Part shown: one piece after another, positions 1-11,204 of the stretch | Layout: each line of letters begins with the position of its first letter | Numbering within the stretch: the first letter of the stretch is position 1 | DNA from: Octopus sinensis | Taxonomy: Eukaryota | NCBI RefSeq assembly: GCF_006345805.1 | Contig: NC_043002.1 | Location: 85,188,001 to 85,252,000, forward strand | Direction: 5' to 3' | DNA length: 64,000 nt | Made by a program: the position numbers and the translations under genes | The notes under the pieces: generated by a model | What the model was told of the DNA's origin: nothing | Database searches by the model: none | Seen by the model: the letters and a program-made list of their open reading frames with translations, nothing else

Positions 1-625
1 AAGTGTTATAGGCATTGTAAGTATAAGCGTTATGAGCATTGTAAACATAAGCTTTACTGGTGCTGCAGATATAAATTTAAAACATAAATATGAATGTAAA
101 TATGCCAATGTTAGATTAAGTAAATGGGTGGGTTGCAATCTGGTTAGGTTAGTCCCTGGCAAGAGAGAGAGTGGGAAGTGGGGGCCACGGGTGAGATTGC
201 AGGTATGAGAGAGGAGACTACCAGTACGGAAGGGGATTTCCGGTTAGATAAGCAAGATTTCCGATATTGGTGGTAGTGGTGTGTGTGGGGTGGGGCGTTA
301 AACTATATTTTTAATATATATACACTTCATGAATATTGTTTGGCATAGTTTTCTATGACTGATAATTTAATTTTAAAAATTTCTGTCAAATTTGTTTGGC
401 TTTAAAAGTTCATATTTTATATTTCTTCTCTTTCCAGGGACCACTATTTGGAAACCGATTTGTGTTTTTTTACAAAAAAGGCGTCAGTCGATTCATCACA
501 TGTTAGAAATAGTCTAAGTGGACAAATGTTTTGATAAAGTTTCTAATGTGCTAGATATACAGAAACTTCTGATACGAAGGCAAAGAGTGGTGGGGAAAAG
601 GGTAAAAGAAAATAAACAAACAAAA

Positions 626-1360
626 ATGAATCTGAATGAGAAAGATGAGTCAAAGGCAGCAGAAAGTGGTGAAAATAATTCCAAAACAAAACCACCGAGT
701 TCAGTTGATTGGTCAAAGTATGGTGTACAGCGGTGTTCTGGTTGTAAATTCACTACAGATGACCATGGCTTATTCGATGCACACATCTCAATGTGTCGTT
801 CTTTCAACAAGAAAAGGATCGCTACAACTAATCAGCCAGATAATGAAAAAAAGAAATACAAGAAACTCCTGCTTCAACTTGAAGAGCCATACCTGGAAGG
901 TAAAACTCCTTCTACAACTACTTTCTTGTTACGGTGTTTCCATTGTCGTGGCTATTTTTCTAAAGTCACTTCTATTAAAAATCACCATTCTGTAAAACAT
1001 GCAAGTAAGAATTTAATGTTTAGTCTTGTTCCTTTTGAGGATATTGTAAACCCAGAAAAAGTGACATCAGTTCCTGTAACTGATTCCCATGTAGATCAAC
1101 AAAATATTAGCTCTTCAATGTCTACTCCACAGCCAAGTTCTCCTATACCTATCACTGCTACCAAAACTGCTTGCTCATCTCATGGAATCATTCAGCCATC
1201 TTCTGTAAAGTCATCTTCAATGGTGAAAATTATGTCTGCTGTGAAAACACCTTTGAATCAGATGCCTATTGCAAAGAAAGATAATCTTCAGGCATGTCAG
1301 CCAAGAAAGAGTTTTGAGGAAAAATTCTTCAGAGAACAGTGTGTGCCGCCAGTCAAGTGA
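626..1360 (+). CDS. Zinc-finger protein, N-terminal (pre-UGA) part, 244 aa from ATG626
   Basis: ATG in caaaaATGa context. CSGC-x12-H-x3-C (C2HC) and CFHC-x12-H-x4-H fingers followed by an S/T/P-rich region. The ORF track's GTG518 start is preceded directly by in-frame TAA. Confidence 0.75.
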   Translation: MNLNEKDESKAAESGENNSKTKPPSSVDWSKYGVQRCSGCKFTTDDHGLFDAHISMCRSFNKKRIATTNQPDNEKKKYKKLLLQLEEPYLEGKTPSTTTFLLRCFHCRGYFSKVTSIKNHHSVKHASKNLMFSLVPFEDIVNPEKVTSVPVTDSHVDQQNISSSMSTPQPSSPIPITATKTACSSHGIIQPSSVKSSSMVKIMSAVKTPLNQMPIAKKDNLQACQPRKSFEEKFFREQCVPPVK

Positions 1361-1426
1361 CTAGACGGCCAACTGAAATTAGATGGATTACCAGGACAAA
1401 CTAATTCTCTAATTATCAGTGATGCC
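1358..1426 (+). promoter_or_regulatory. Candidate stop-codon readthrough element: UGA-CUAG plus 3' stem-loop
   Basis: aag TGA CTAG. ACTGA-AATTAGA (1372-1383) pairs with TCTAATT-a-TCAGT (1408-1420), giving 12 bp with one bulge. GGC1367-69/GCC1424-26 form an outer stem. Confidence 0.6.
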
Positions 1427-3499
1427 TCGACTGACACTCCATCTCAAGAGATGGCTAAGCATAACAAGGAAAAAACCTCTACTGGATCTTCAAAAAGTGA
1501 TTCACCTATAATTGTATCACCTGTAACAGCTGGACCTGTTAATCTTTCACAAAAGCAAATGTCTTACTCACCCAATCAGAAAAAACATGCAACTTTTCAG
1601 AAGAAATCTCCTGTTTTATTGCCAAATATATTACCAAAAAACTATTTAGGTACTATACAAACACCTTCAAACCAGAATTTTCAAATCGTTTGTGCTGCAC
1701 CTGAAGTACAGAGTTCTGTCAAAGTTTCTGAAGCTGTGCCACCTATTATTATTAATATTCCAAACACAACCAATTCTTTTGGTTACCAGCCACTTCTCAT
1801 TGGATCTTCAAACAAACAAATACCTGTAAGTTCAGTTCCAGTCACACCTGTGACTGAATCCTCAGCTACAAAAACATTTGCTTCTAATGTCCCAACAGCA
1901 ACTACCACTTCTCTTGCTCCATATGCACTTGCAACCAATGTTCAGGTTAATAACCAAAATCAAGACATTTTAGGATTTTTTGTTCGCCCTAATTTGGTAA
2001 CACCTACTCTACCTGTAGTTTCACCAGTTAATACTGCCAAATACAAAATACTGCCATATGCAAAATTCCCTCAAACTTTGGAGCCTGGTGTAATGAATCT
2101 TATTGCAACTACACCTTATTCAAACATATATACTCCTGCAAGTATCCCACCACCTAATGTTCAGTCTAATTCGCTAGCAACTAACCCAACTGTAGTTTCT
2201 CCTAGTGTATCGTTGTCTAATAATATTTACACATATTTACACATGACTGATGCACCTAAAACGAACCCTCCTGTGTCAAACCAAAGTGTAATTAGCTTAA
2301 ATGTCCATAAACCAAATTTGAAACCAAAATCTTCAGACAAAAATGCTTTAAAACATTTGAAACAGACTCCTACTACTTCCTACAACCGTTTACTCCTAAA
2401 CAATAAAACAATTTCTAAACTACTTGGACATAAACCTGAGATTTATCCAAAGCTATTATTCCAGCCAGGTGAAAAAGAAGAAATGCCTGGCCAGTCAGAT
2501 TGTGGCAACAACATTAAGGTTGAAGCAGTTTGGTCTGTTAGAGATGTCAAGAGGAATATATCAGATGGAAAGGTTATTGACTTAGATTTAGTGGAGCCTT
2601 TATCTGATGACTATTTGGAGTCAACTAAACTTTCTAAACAATCACTTAGTACTTTTGAGTCTGTAAAGAAAACATTAGCTTCTAATGCATATGTGATTGA
2701 TGATAGTACATTGTTTGAACCTGCTGAAAATAATTTATCCAGAGTAACTGAACTTGAATCTGGGAAGTTGATTGTAGAATCTCCACATTCAAATGTGATA
2801 TCAAATAAAGAGTCCACATCTGAGGAATCTAATTTAGTAGTTTCTTCAAATGTTGACAATGTTACTAAAATAAAAACAGAACCATTTAATTCAAAGACTA
2901 CCTATATTAATGTAAATCTATATCCTAAAGAGAAAAATGAAATCTATGGTGGGAACTTTTATATATGTGGATTTTCAAATTGTTTGTTTTCTAGCCTTGT
3001 GCAAGATGAATTTGTAGAGCATTTACGTTGTGTACATAGTAAACAGAAAAAAGATTATGCTTGTGCACACTGTGGCCAAGCATTTCCAGTTATTGACTGC
3101 TTTTTAAAACACTTATCTACCCATGTCTCTACAGACATGTTTCTTCTTTATTCTTGTTCCCTTTGTGGTTTTAACACAAATCTTATCAAAATGTTTGTAC
3201 AACACAATGATTCCGTTCACTCAGAGGAGAAAGAATTCTGCTGCGCATACTGTGGCCTCATATTTCAATGTAGTGCTGAGCTGTTGCAGCACTTGCAATT
3301 GAACTTGCTGAAATATGTACACTGTCCGCACTGTGAGGCTAAAAATAGTCAAAGACAGCAAATTTTGAAACATATTCAAGTAAAGCATCCTGGAAAGTCA
3401 AAATGCATTTTTGTAACTAGTCAAATAATATGTAAAGAAAAACAGAGAGCCTTAAATGATGTTGTGAACTTGTTGTCTGATGAGTCTGATTGTGACTGA
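1361..3499 (+). CDS. Zinc-finger protein, C-terminal (post-UGA) part; 957 aa total if fused with 626-1360
   Basis: Same frame as 626-1360. The 30 codons between TGA1358-1360 and ATG1451 are stop-free. Long P/S/T/N-rich linker, then five fingers (CGFSNC..H..H, CAHC..H..H, CSLC..H..H, CAYC..H with last ligand missing, CPHC..H..H) at ~2960-3390. Confidence 0.8.
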   Translation, partial: LDGQLKLDGLPGQTNSLIISDASTDTPSQEMAKHNKEKTSTGSSKSDSPIIVSPVTAGPVNLSQKQMSYSPNQKKHATFQKKSPVLLPNILPKNYLGTIQTPSNQNFQIVCAAPEVQSSVKVSEAVPPIIINIPNTTNSFGYQPLLIGSSNKQIPVSSVPVTPVTESSATKTFASNVPTATTTSLAPYALATNVQVNNQNQDILGFFVRPNLVTPTLPVVSPVNTAKYKILPYAKFPQTLEPGVMNLIATTPYSNIYTPASIPPPNVQSNSLATNPTVVSPSVSLSNNIYTYLHMTDAPKTNPPVSNQSVISLNVHKPNLKPKSSDKNALKHLKQTPTTSYNRLLLNNKTISKLLGHKPEIYPKLLFQPGEKEEMPGQSDCGNNIKVEAVWSVRDVKRNISDGKVIDLDLVEPLSDDYLESTKLSKQSLSTFESVKKTLASNAYVIDDSTLFEPAENNLSRVTELESGKLIVESPHSNVISNKESTSEESNLVVSSNVDNVTKIKTEPFNSKTTYINVNLYPKEKNEIYGGNFYICGFSNCLFSSLVQDEFVEHLRCVHSKQKKDYACAHCGQAFPVIDCFLKHLSTHVSTDMFLLYSCSLCGFNTNLIKMFVQHNDSVHSEEKEFCCAYCGLIFQCSAELLQHLQLNLLKYVHCPHCEAKNSQRQQILKHIQVKHPGKSKCIFVTSQIICKEKQRALNDVVNLLSDESDCD

Positions 3500-4564
3500 G
3501 CATAGAGACACAAATAAAACCCATATTTATTAACTGCTACAGGTAAATATTCAGCAGAATCTAACTTAATTGAACAGTTAGAAATGTTGATAAAGTTTTT
3601 GTTTCTTGACAAGAATCAAAAATTGAAATATTTTAAGTTTTTCTCTTCTAAAAAGGATAGTGATAAGGTGAAAAATTTATAATATTGTACAAAAAAAGGT
3701 AAAAAAAATGGTTTTAATGAACACCAAAATGTTTACAAGAAAATAGCAATACTGTCAGGATAGTAAGCATTCCAGAAACTTCTTTGTCCAAGTTTATGTC
3801 AGATACAGAAGCTTGGAATCCCTAATTTTGTTTAGTGTAGTTATAATGAGAGACTAAACAAGCTGGTGGTTCATTTTGGAATAAACAAGGAATTTTTAGT
3901 CTTGAGGTAAAACAGCTTAGAAATAAAGGTGCTGGGTTTTAACAATCAACAATGCACCATATTTTATTTCTTAATATTATTTTTTTTGCCTTAGTCTATC
4001 TGATTCACTGTATGTTCCATTTCTACTTAATGGTTCAGTGTGGTATGGTGTTGTTGACACAAAATGCAAATGGTCAAATTTGCAAAAATACCTACCGATG
4101 CTAGCTTCCTCTTTTGCTTGCTAAGAAACTTGTATATGATGACATGAAAGAATGCTAGTATCATTTTGTTTTACGAACATTAAAAGTAATCGCAGTTTTC
4201 ATGAAAAAAAAAATGAATGATGATGGTAAAGTATAATATTCAGTCACAAAAGAAAAGGCTAAATATTTATGCACTAATACATTAGTTTTTCTAGTACAAA
4301 ACAATTTTTGACTGAAAGGTACTTTAGTATATGTTTTTATTAACCTTAATAATTGAGGATTCTGATTTAAAGTGGAACTTGGGAATATTCTTTGGACATA
4401 TAAATCAAGTTCCTCATTTTTTTAAAGACATTTAAGTGTCAAGATATGTCAGTATATTATTGTGATGTACAGATCTGTCATTTCTGATTATCCAAACTTC
4501 AAAGTCATTGCTGTACAAAATACAATTCTCTTGTGACTTAGTAACTGTTTCATAATTGTTTTAT

Positions 4565-4850
4565 AGCTTAGAGAAGGGTAAGAATACACCAATAACGCCT
4601 TTTCAGTGCCCCCAAGGCTAATGGGAAGATGTTATCTTTGGTGTAGAGACCTGGTCTGAAAAGTGGACTCGTCTGAAATACACTGGGTATATGGTGTTGA
4701 TAAACTGGGCAACAGATATAAGAACCACCTACCAACAGAAGCAGTTCTTCCAGTTGACTGCTAATAAATTTCTGTCTATCAAATTTCACTCACATCGCTT
4801 CAGTCAACTCCAGGTTTTGTGCAGCGGGGTTGAACTCTTAACCACTGTCA
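4565..4850 (-). mobile_element. Degenerate tRNA-SINE fragment
   Basis: caaatttcactcac...gcagcggggttgaactc resembles the reverse complement of the SINE head/body seen at 17288-17688. Confidence 0.4.
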
Positions 4851-5140
4851 TTGTAAAACAAGCGTCTTAAACAAATGACTATTCTTCCTACATCTGTTGG
4901 CCATGATTCTGCTAAGTTTATTTTTCTTTGCTGACAAGACATTGAATTTTCATATCAGTAATTATATAAACAATAGAGGATCCAGGTAAATAGGAATAAA
5001 TTGCAATTATTTGTTAATTGTATGTGAACTGTAATACATGACACATTTTTACTGCTGTTTCTTCTTTTTTGTTTTTTTATTATAAAAATGTATTCGATCA
5101 GTGAATTTAGTCTTTTTTTGCAGTTGATAATGTGATACTA

Positions 5141-5370
5141 TTAACCCTTTTGATAATAACCCGGCCAAAACCGGCTCTGGCTCTGTAGTATAAATGTCTT
5201 GTTTTCATAAGTTTTTCATTAAAATATACCACCAAACCTTAGTCACAATTTATGATCCTAACAGTAGCTTAATGGTAACTAAGTTATTTTACTAAATTCT
5301 TTGTTATATTTACAATTAATTGAAAGAAACACAGAGCATCTCAAAATGAATACAGTAACGAAAGGGTTAA
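5141..5370. mobile_element. piggyBac-type MITE
   Basis: TTAA-CCCTTT...AAAGGG-TTAA termini, i.e. TTAA TSD with CCC/GGG ends. Confidence 0.75.
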
Positions 5371-6394
5371 TGACCAAGAGCGGATAAAAAAAAGAACAAG
5401 GAAGTGAATTCAGTTGTGCCTGTGTTCCGATAACTAGCCAATGTGACGAGAAATACAGTTCTGCCAGTAGGTGTTATAATACAAGAACAAGTGTTAGGAA
5501 AGGAAAAACACCCAAAGTAGAAGAATTATGCAATTACTATAATGTATATAACATGAAATATCAAAATTTTACTAAAGTATATTAAAATTATTCAAAATGT
5601 CCTTCTACTGACCAAAGCTAGTTTGCAGTCATTTGGGATATCAATTGACAAGCTTCGAGAAATAAATCTGTTGTAAATTGCTGAAAAAAAGATGGCTTGG
5701 TCACAACTGGAACATTATGTTAAGTGAATAAGGTTTGGCATCACAAGGCCATTCCTCATCACCTGTGCATATCTTCTTCAGTTTTCTTATATTGCATGCT
5801 CCATCCACTTTACTCAACAATCATTTGACACTTTACTTAATCATTCTTCATACACGTTTGTATCATTGCAGTCACTCTAACACACAACAGTGAATGTCTG
5901 ATTTTTTTTGCCTTTGCATAACACTTAGGTTGTGCTTCTATGCAAATATTTCACATCATACAGTCTGCCCAACACTTGATGAGAGAAGTTTGCTGTCAAC
6001 TAAAGTAACAGCTCTCTTTTCCTACCTTTGTCCTTAGCCTGGCAACTACAACTGTCTTGATATCCACCACTATTGTTGATTAGGTCACCTAGGTAACAAG
6101 CTTTCAGTTACTTTGATAATGTGGCTAGCCTGAGACTAAACAACTACACTACATTATAGTATGGTATGAGGATGCCTCTGTATGGCAACAGGCCTGATAG
6201 TTTACATTCAAACTGGACATACTGTCTGAATGATAAGACAAATTTGAGTATATTACAATTCAATCATTAGTTATCTTATCACCTTTTCTAACCTTTTAAC
6301 ATTTGGATTCCTCTGGCAAATGTAATGCTTAGTTATTTACATTGTTTTGCTGAGCCTTCCAAAGGAGATGACAAAAGAACCAAGTTATGTGGCA

Positions 6395-6650
6395 CATTGC
6401 TGTTCTCCAAAAGACCTGCCTGTCTCAACAGAATTGATCTCCTAAAAACCAAGGTGCCACGTAAAACACTGGTGATGATGCCACATAAAAAACATGCAGT
6501 ACACTCTGTAAAGTGATTGGGGTCAGGAAGGGCATCCAGCTGTAGAAACCAAGCCAAAACTGTCTATGGAATTTGGTGCGGCCCCTTGCTAGCTCCTGTC
6601 AAGCCATTCAACCCATGCTAGCTTGGAAAGCGGATGTTTAATGATGATGG
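6395..6650 (+). mobile_element. SINE 3' half with (GAT)n-like tail
   Basis: aggaagggcatccagctgtagaaac...aagcggatgtttaatgatgatgg, a typical interspersed-repeat body and tail. Confidence 0.5.
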
Positions 6651-6654
6651 TGTA

Positions 6655-6784
6655 TTTATCTTGTCGCTTTGAGATTTTGATGATGTGACTTTTAGGTCAG
6701 CATGAGAGGCTGGGTCTGGCCAATTTGAAAATATGCATAGAATATTTGGGCCAAATATGGCTGGTTTAAATGCTAATGGGTTAA
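6655..6784. mobile_element. Terminal fragment of a second piggyBac-type MITE
   Basis: Ends ...tgctaatGGGTTAA, the same terminal motif class as 5141-5370. Confidence 0.45.
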
Positions 6785-7489
6785 ATCAGTTGTGTCAATG
6801 AGAACTTTTATGGTCACTGGGTTTTTAGTTATTTGCTTTGTCAGGTGGAAAGGTAGTGCCAAAGATCCTTTATAGGACTTTTGAGTAGTAGTAGTAGTAT
6901 TAGTTGAGAGCAAGATAGTTTCAAACTGGAAACCTGGTTTAAATACAACAGAGTGACTCCACCTAAGGCATACAGGGTGCTGTTAAACCAGGTGATTAAG
7001 TTCGACTAATCAAAAACGCCATAGCAGGATTTGAACTCAGAATGCAGAGAGCCAGAACAAGTACTACAAAACAAAGGCAACCCTTTCAACTCTAATAATT
7101 CCACTTCGCCATTGCTCTAGACTGGTACTTTTATTTATCTGCCCTAAAAAAAAAGAAAAGAAAAAACATTAAAATAATGACCTTTTATTCTAAAAGGATG
7201 GGATTTTCTATTTTGATCATAGGCCAAAAGAGGAAATCCCGTCTGTCTCATGTATATATATATCATAATGTATGTATGTATATAGACGACTTCAGTCGTG
7301 TTGAAATCATCTTAGTTATCTCCCTTGATTTGAAAAACGTTTCTCACGCAACAATGCCCTTGTCACCATACAGGTACACAACCCCTTTATCCGGAAATCT
7401 AAAATCTAAAAAGCCCCTGAAACTTTTTTATGAAGGGTGGAGTGCGTCATAATACGTCATTTAGGTGTGCAAACAGCTGAACTCAATTC

Positions 7490-7930
7490 AGGTATGATGT
7501 GGCAATGCTTGGCAGGTTGGCCACCACTTATTGCCCAATTTCATGTGTGACTCAGCACTCATAGAGAGATGTCCATTTGCAATTTGCTGTCTTAGTGTTG
7601 TTCCTCGTGATTTTGCATATAATTTATCCTGAAATTGTTTGAAAAGAACTGCAGATACCCCAATGGATAACAGAAAAAGAAAAAGGAAACATCATTATCA
7701 ATAGTACAGGAAATAGAGTTACTACAGAAACTTGATCATGGGGTGTCTGTGCAGTGGCTCACTGAAGAATATGAAACCATTCCTACTGACGATATGGTGA
7801 AAATTTGTGATCAGTTAATAGCTGACCTTGAACAACATGCATTTATCGGTGAGCAACAGATTATGGGAGTTTACTCAAAGAGATATTGCTTAGACAAAAC
7901 CTATGCTAATGAGACAGATGACACTTGAAG
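7490..7930 (+). pseudogene. Degenerate pogo/Tigger-like transposase C-terminal remnant
   Basis: IPTDDMVKICDQLIADLEQHAFIGEQQIMGVY resembles Tigger/Jerky-type C-termini as I recall them. An NAW motif lies upstream. No intact ORF. Confidence 0.45.
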
Positions 7931-9269
7931 TCTTTAAAAATGCCCTCTCTCATTATGCTCCTTCCATCACATGAGAATGTCATTCCTGGCCCATTATCGG
8001 AAGTTTGCTTGCAACCTGATGATGGTGGCACTGATGGGTCCTGTTCTACAACTTAACTGCAGCTACATCTTTAGCCTAGTTTGAACCAATTTAAGGCTTT
8101 AGCATACAAATAAATTGTAATACCATTTATAGTATTTATAGTGCATCACATTACAGAAATATTATGGTAATGTGTATACCTGAACTTGTGGGTTGTGTAT
8201 CTTTGTTTTAAATTATCCCACTATGCATTCTGTTATTTGTGATCTTAATTATCTCACTATTTCATTTTCCAGTATATTACTCTATAAATAAACTGTAATA
8301 ATATTTATAATCTTTATGGTACTTTTGCTACCATAGTAGGATGTCTGTTTTGATGTTTGGTTTACAATCTGAGGCAGTTGGCTTTTGTTCTGAAATCCAA
8401 AATTCAGAGCACAACTGCCACCAAGGGTTCTGGATAAAGGATTGTGTACTTGTATTCATAAATTCACTGAGAAAAATGTTATGTATATATGTTTTGTGTG
8501 TGTGTGTGTATTTTGATGTTCTCTCTTCCCTTGGGCTCCTTTTGTCTAATTTATTTCTGTTTTTGGTAATTTAGATTTGGCATTATATGTTGACAAAATA
8601 CATTAAGGATATTGTGCAATCGTTGTTCATAAAAGTGTGCAGAGCCTAGTCCTGGTGGCTGTTTACAACTCAGAGGTCTGTGACAACAGGTTAAATATTT
8701 TGTTTTATTGATGGGAAATAATGCTGCCCTGTGGACAGTATACAGGCTCTTGAGACTTCAACCAGAAACCTATGTAGCTTGCTATCATCTTTAATACCAG
8801 TATCATTAGTATTTTTTCATTTCTTAATTGTCTATATTTCTTTTGCATTTATAAAAAGCCAGTTTTTTAAAGGACAGAACGTGTCCACTGTTTCTTCTAT
8901 CAGCAATGTTCAAAGCTCAAATCCTGACGAAGTCAGCTTTACCTACCACCATTAAAATAAGTACCAATAAAATACTGGGGTTTATCTAATCAACTATATT
9001 CCTCACTCCCACCCCTTAGCATTTTTTCTGTTATATATGAATATTAGAGTGGTTACAGCAGTAAACTGTTTCTCTTTACAATGCTGACCTGGATAACTGA
9101 TATTTTCTCTGAAACCTAATACAGGGCCAGTGACGTAATATGTATTTTGGTTAAGAGGCCAGTTGTACACACATCTCTTAGTACTTTATGAATCTTTTTT
9201 TTTTTAATGGTTTAATCATAGCAAGTAGGACAACAGCTCTGACTGTTTTAAGGACCTCTAAGCATGGCA

Positions 9270-9585
9270 CTCTGTTGGTTATGAAGAAAAGTGTTCCTTT
9301 TGATCAATGGAACAGCCTGCTCATGAATTAATGTACAAATGGCTGAGCACTCCACAGGCATATGTACCCTTAATATACTCAGGATGATTCATATTCAGTG
9401 TGACAAAGAATGTGACAAGGCTGGCCCTTTGAATTACAGGTACAACTCATTTTTGCCAGCTGAGTGAACTGGAGTAAAGTGAAATAAAGTGTCTTGCTTA
9501 AGGACACAACTTGCTGCCAGGAATTAAACTCATGGCCTTATGATCATGGGCCAGATACCTTGACCACTAAGCCATGTGCCTTCAC
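9270..9585 (-). mobile_element. CORE-type tRNA SINE
   Basis: Reverse complement begins gtgaaggcacatggcttagtgg (A box), with ...gagtttaattcc (B box) and tccttaagcaagacact (CORE-like). Confidence 0.75.
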
Positions 9586-10000
9586 TCCAAGACTGGTAAG
9601 AGGAAAGGAACAAGTTATACTTCCCAGATATCTGGCCTGAGTGCTTGCATGCAGGCTGGAGTTCACTAATGTCACACTAAGGTCCGTCTAATAACATTAA
9701 ATTGAGGTAATAAATTTATCTACCCAAGGACAAACTTTCTCTAATTGGTTTCCATCCAGTTTCCATTTACTAAACCGTCACTCAGAGATTTTAATCTCTC
9801 AAATTCTAAAACATATTACAGAGCGAACTTCATAACTATACAACTATGCCTGTTTCTTTGTCAAAAGAAATCATATATCCAATATTCCAAACTATACATC
9901 CAATATTCCAAATCATCTACAAAATTTTGTGGTGCCCCAGCATGGCTGCAGCCTTCGGGCTAAAACATTTTAAAGGATTTTAAGGATTAAAGTGAACAGA

Positions 10001-10165
10001 AGGCAGTGAGCTGGCAGCATTTTGTCTGTCTCCATTTTCTAAGTTCAAATTCCACCGAAGTTGACATTACCTTTCATATTTTTAGGGTCAATAAAATTAG
10101 TACTGGGGTTGATTTACTCCTTCCTCCGAACTTGCTGGCCTTGTGCTAAAATTTGAAACCAATAT
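10001..10165 (+). mobile_element. Nin/Deu-domain tRNA SINE (degenerate)
   Basis: gagctggcag...gttcaaattccaccgaagttgac...cctttcat...gggtcaataaaattagtac. Confidence 0.6.
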
Positions 10166-10789
10166 TAAAGTCAACAGAATTTTGGCATGTGTAGACCATA
10201 TTTCAACAATTGCTTTATATTTGTTAGAATGGCCATGCCTGGATCTTTATGATGTGAACTAGCTGTGCAGCTATATGAATTAATAGGGTGTCATCCATAT
10301 GACAGTCCAATAAATTCTTTGTGTTCTGCACTTGAGATAACACTGTATCCATTATCAACCCAGTTCTTACTGGCTCAGTTTATATGAGGAGCAGCTCTTG
10401 ATAAAGTGTTTAAGTACTTAATGTGGCATTCAAATCCTGTTTTTAGGCAAGTGGAAACTACTGCAGGAATATCAACTTATACACTACTATACGGAATTTG
10501 TTTTGTCTTATGGGTTCTCAACTCTTTATGTCGTCATAGGGGTGCTGTTAACACCTCTTTTCTTATTGGGATAAATGCAAAGGGCATAGTTGACTGGCAT
10601 AGTCAGTATGGAAGATCACCAGAGACTTAAGCATATTGTAGAATATACCAACAAGGTAAGTATGGGAGGTAATCAGGGACTGACACATGTAATACATAGA
10701 AAGATGGTAATTAATGGAAGATAACCTGAGTCTGAAATATATTGTAAACTATATAGAAACAACATATGGAAGATGACCTGAATCTAAAA

Positions 10790-11027
10790 TGGTGGTTCTC
10801 AACCGAGGTTCATATAAGATTTTGTTGTGAAAATTTATGTGCAATAAATTGGTTATATGTCTATAATGAATAAAATATTTTAATTTTTTAAAGCAATTCC
10901 TAATATCATTTAATTATAAAAATATTGTAGAATTTTTTTTTTATATAAACATTGAATATCTATGGTGATCCAGTAGAGTAAAATAGGAATTAAAGGAGAC
11001 CATAAGCAAGAAATGGTTGAACCACTG
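10790..11027. mobile_element. hAT (Charlie-like) MITE
   Basis: TIR (c)agtggttctcaacc / ggttgaaccactg. Flanking 8-mers atctaaaa / atcgaaaa (7/8 TSD). Confidence 0.7.
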
Positions 11028-11040
11028 ATCGAAAACATGC

Positions 11041-11200
11041 TATACGAGGTAGTATCAAAAAGTTCCCGGACTTACGATTATAAAGTACTAAAAGTAAAGA
11101 CCACCACCAGCTTTCGATCATGAATGACCATGGAATTGCACTAGAAAGTTCTCTCTTTGAGGTAAAGTTGTTTATGGAAGTACCAGCAGTCACCCATGCA
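11041..11200 (+). mobile_element. Mariner-type TIR fragment
   Basis: TA-cgaggtagtatcaaaaagttcccggac, an irritans-like terminal sequence. Confidence 0.45.
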
Positions 11201-11204
11201 GATC

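Larger units (their letters stand above)
438..3542 (+). other. Large internal exon of a zinc-finger gene (5'UTR + CDS + 43 nt of 3'UTR)
   Basis: Pyrimidine tract and acceptor tttcttctctttccAG (AG 436-437). Donor CAG|GTAAAT at 3543. All three frames close by ~534, so the first ~190 nt behave as UTR. Confidence 0.6.

Noticed and set aside
518-625. GTG518 as the true start of the zinc-finger protein
   Set aside because: An artefact of alternative-start ORF calling right after an in-frame TAA. ATG626 has a good context.
1358-1360. UGA as selenocysteine
   Set aside because: No convincing SECIS seen downstream (the atga-rich patch near 4212 lacks a clear non-Watson-Crick quartet and stem). The context is a low-complexity linker, not a redox motif. 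A SECISearch run would settle it.
1358-1360. A-to-I editing of UGA to UGG as the main bypass
   Set aside because: The A has a 5' G neighbour, which ADARs disfavour, and it lies outside the paired stem I can see. Not excluded, but ranked below readthrough and splicing.
7743-7928. 61-aa ORF as a downstream exon of the zinc-finger gene
   Set aside because: Resembles a Tigger-like transposase tail and lacks clear splice sites.
8915-8945. CTGACGA core
   Set aside because: No stem II closure or GAAA.
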